DNA from: Azolla caroliniana
Lineage: Eukaryota > Plantae > Polypodiophyta
Length of the DNA: 64,000 nucleotides
Direction of reading: 5' to 3'
Assembly: GCA_043228905.1 (NCBI GenBank)
Contig: JBHGNT010000012.1
Span: 10,044,001-10,108,000, forward strand
Part shown: positions 61,568 to 64,000 of the stretch, in pieces
Layout of the letters: the number at the start of each line of letters is the position of its first letter
How positions within the stretch are numbered: position 1 is the stretch's first letter
The notes under the pieces: generated by a model
Database searches by the model: none
Seen by the model: only the letters and a program-made list of their open reading frames with translations
What the model was told of the DNA's origin: nothing
Position numbers and translations under genes: made by a program

Positions 61568-64000
61568 TGTTACTTCCTAGGGCCGGACAATAGCTTAACA
61601 CAGGGTGTCCACTTAAGACACTTCACTAAAGGGTGTTACGGCAAGATGACTTACGACACAACGCTTAATTAGACCTTAATTCGTTACTTAGCAATACGTC
61701 ATTACACGCATAAGATATAACAATGAGTAAAGAACGGTAATCAATACTGAAAGGTTAAGGCAATAAGTTCTATTAATTATCCGCTGTCAATTACATTGTA
61801 ACCGGGCCTTTATATAGGTCTCCGGTGCGAAGTACAAAACGGTGCCAACCGGCACCTATTCAGAATCGGTCTGAATCCGGATCGGCATACCGATTCCGGT
61901 CCATCCATCCACATCTTCTCATATATTAATACATATATTAAGACTAATAATTACAACAGATTCCTAAATAATCGATTCCTTTCACACTCTCGTCTGGACA
62001 TCCTTAAGCCTTCTTGTCGGCCGGGTAACACATGGCACACCCGTGGGACAGTACCCTGTACGTTGAACCCATTATCCGGCCCTACTACTCTTCATTCAAA
62101 ATGTCAAGAATGCTTTGCTCCAGAATTTCCAATGGCTCGTCGAGAATCTGTTGCTGCTATTGTGGCTGATGTTCCATTTGTGGCTGCTGCAGTGGCTGCT
62201 CCATTTGTGCCTTCTCCGTTTGGGGCTGCTTCTCCGTTTGTCGCTCTTGCACCAGTGTTCCCTTCTTTGTTTCCTCCATCGGAGTTGTCTCTGGCTAACT
62301 GACCCCGACCTGGTCCCCTTCTGGTCCTTGTACCGGCGACGGTTCCTCATCACTAAGGTTGACCATTGCTGCTTTCCTTGCTTTTTCTTCCTGAAGCCGG
62401 GACCGCTCATAGCTCTCAAAATGGATTTGAGCCTCCAGCTGATCGTCGTCTAGTTGAGCTATGAGCTGTCGGACCTACACCAATTGTTCATCCGCCAGGG
62501 CTGTGAAATCTTCGGCCAGCTCTTCCCTTATGGCGGTGAAGTCCTCCGATGTCAGCGGATAACAGTCGTCACCTTCCTTCCGCCGGTTTTCCACGTCTGC
62601 CCTGAGCAATTGGAGTTCCGCCATATTTTGCACCCATTTCGTCCACCATCGTACCGAGCTCTCGTCAATCAAGCATTTGGTCTTGGTGAGCCATGCCCGG
62701 AGGATGCACTGGATCCGTTCGGTTCCCATCTGTGATTTGTTCTCCGCGGCTTGTCGCCCCTCTTTCAATTGCTTGATGATTCTGACCGTGTCCGCCTCCT
62801 GCTCCCTATAATGCGACAATTGACTTTGATAGGTTGTTTGCAACCTCTGTAACACCATTGTCGCCCTTTCCTTTTCTTCATGGTTCTGCTTGTGGAGCTC
62901 CATCCGGTCCGTCGCCGCTTCCTCCAATAGCTTTGTATTCTCAGCTCGTTCATCGGTGAGTGCCGTTGTGGCCCTATGAACTTCCTGCCGGAGCTCGGTC
63001 ATCCTTTCCTGCTATTGCTTATACTCCGTCTCCAGCTGCTTGTAGTCCCGGTGCAGATGATCAAAATCATCAGTCTTCTGCTTCAGCCTCTGGTTGATCT
63101 ACCGGCGTGCGCGGTCCTCCCGGTCCTTCTGTTGACGGAGTTCTTCCTTCAGCCTTTCGATTTCCGTCTCCGCCATCCATCGCAGCTTGTCTTTCTCCTG
63201 CAGTAATTTCTCTTTTTCCTCCTTTAGCCGGTCGTAAGCTAGATGTCCTTTACGCAGGTTTTCCTCTGCCTTGTTCGAGGCACCGGATCCTTGATCGGGC
63301 CGTCTCTAGTTCATCGGTTGTGACGAGCAACCGTTCTGTTTGCGCTCTTTCTTCCGCCTCTATGTATTCGACTACTCCGGCAATTTGTTCTCCTATCCAC
63401 CGGAGCCATTGGCTGTCAGTGCCCTGTTGTTGCGTCTCCACGGCGGGTTGGCTGATGGGTTCACTTGCCGGTAGCTGGTTCCGCCTTACTGCGTCGAGCG
63501 ACAATTCCGGCTATACCTGCTGACCACTTTGTCGTTCCGGTTCCGGTTGTGTTTCGGCTAGCCACACTTGTTCTGCTTGTTCTTGGCTGGCTGAGGAGGC
63601 TGGCATTTGTATAACCGGCTCTTGAGTTACGGGTCTTGCCGGTGCTGCCTGTTGTGCAGGGACTTCTGTGACCGGTTCCATCCGAACCGGTTCTGGTGCC
63701 TCCCTTGGCATGGGATTCTCAATGTGGGTTGCAGGCGTTCCATCCTTCTATGGGTTGCGAATGCTTCCCGGCTGATTCTGCGGTCCTCTTCACCGGCCGC
63801 CGCTGGAGGTGCTCCGTAGGCTCTTCCTCTGTTTCCTCCTCCTGAGTCTCGGCATTCATTCTTGCCGCCAGGGTGTCCGTTTCTTGCTACACTGGTCGGT
63901 GGAGTGGGCTCTTCAGGGGTTGTGCCGGTGTCTCCTCGTGCGTGTCCGTCAACCGCTTCCGGCAGGCGCGCTCCTTTGCCGCCTTCTCTGCGTCGGTCAT
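61568..64000 (-). mobile_element. 3' end of LTR element M inserted in the 5' LTR of L (continues right)
   Basis: Abrupt TGTTAC start inside the L LTR; minus-strand TATA CTATATAAAGG near 61806-61817; LTR ~61568 to 62050-62094 (inner boundary uncertain). Confidence 0.75.
62085..63800 (-). pseudogene. Disrupted extra ORF encoding an E/Q/R-rich coiled-coil protein
   Basis: Frame of ORF 62475..63002 extends through scattered stops from ~63200 to TAG at 62085. One frameshift links it to ORFs 63250..63504 and 63511..63711. Confidence 0.65.

Overview
This is eukaryotic, land-plant heterochromatin with no host protein-coding genes. The plant-type tRNA-His sequence and the retroelement mix suggest a non-seed plant such as a fern (inference). 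About 90% of the window is nested LTR retrotransposons. They comprise four Ty3/Gypsy chromovirus-type copies (A, B, C of one family; D of a diverged family), eight Ty1/Copia copies or fragments (E, F, G, H, I, J, L, N), one non-chromo Gypsy with a fungal-type RT signature (K), and the 3' end of an element with a long coiled-coil extra ORF (M). Elements E, G, H and J are complete with matching 5-bp TSDs. Only J has an intact 1357-aa gag-pol. The remainder is two blocks of a ~0.9-kb satellite built from tRNA-His(GTG) copies and relics, plus a short tandem array of tRNA-Leu(TAG) pseudogenes. Most interesting signals: (1) a ~160-nt structured RNA with compensatory base changes, shared by two diverged chromovirus families and lying just upstream of a candidate 3' splice site before gag; (2) the tRNA-His higher-order satellite with genomically encoded CCA; (3) a ~10-kb imperfect palindrome of two fused Gypsy copies; (4) TG...TA LTR termini. 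Identity counts are by-eye estimates.
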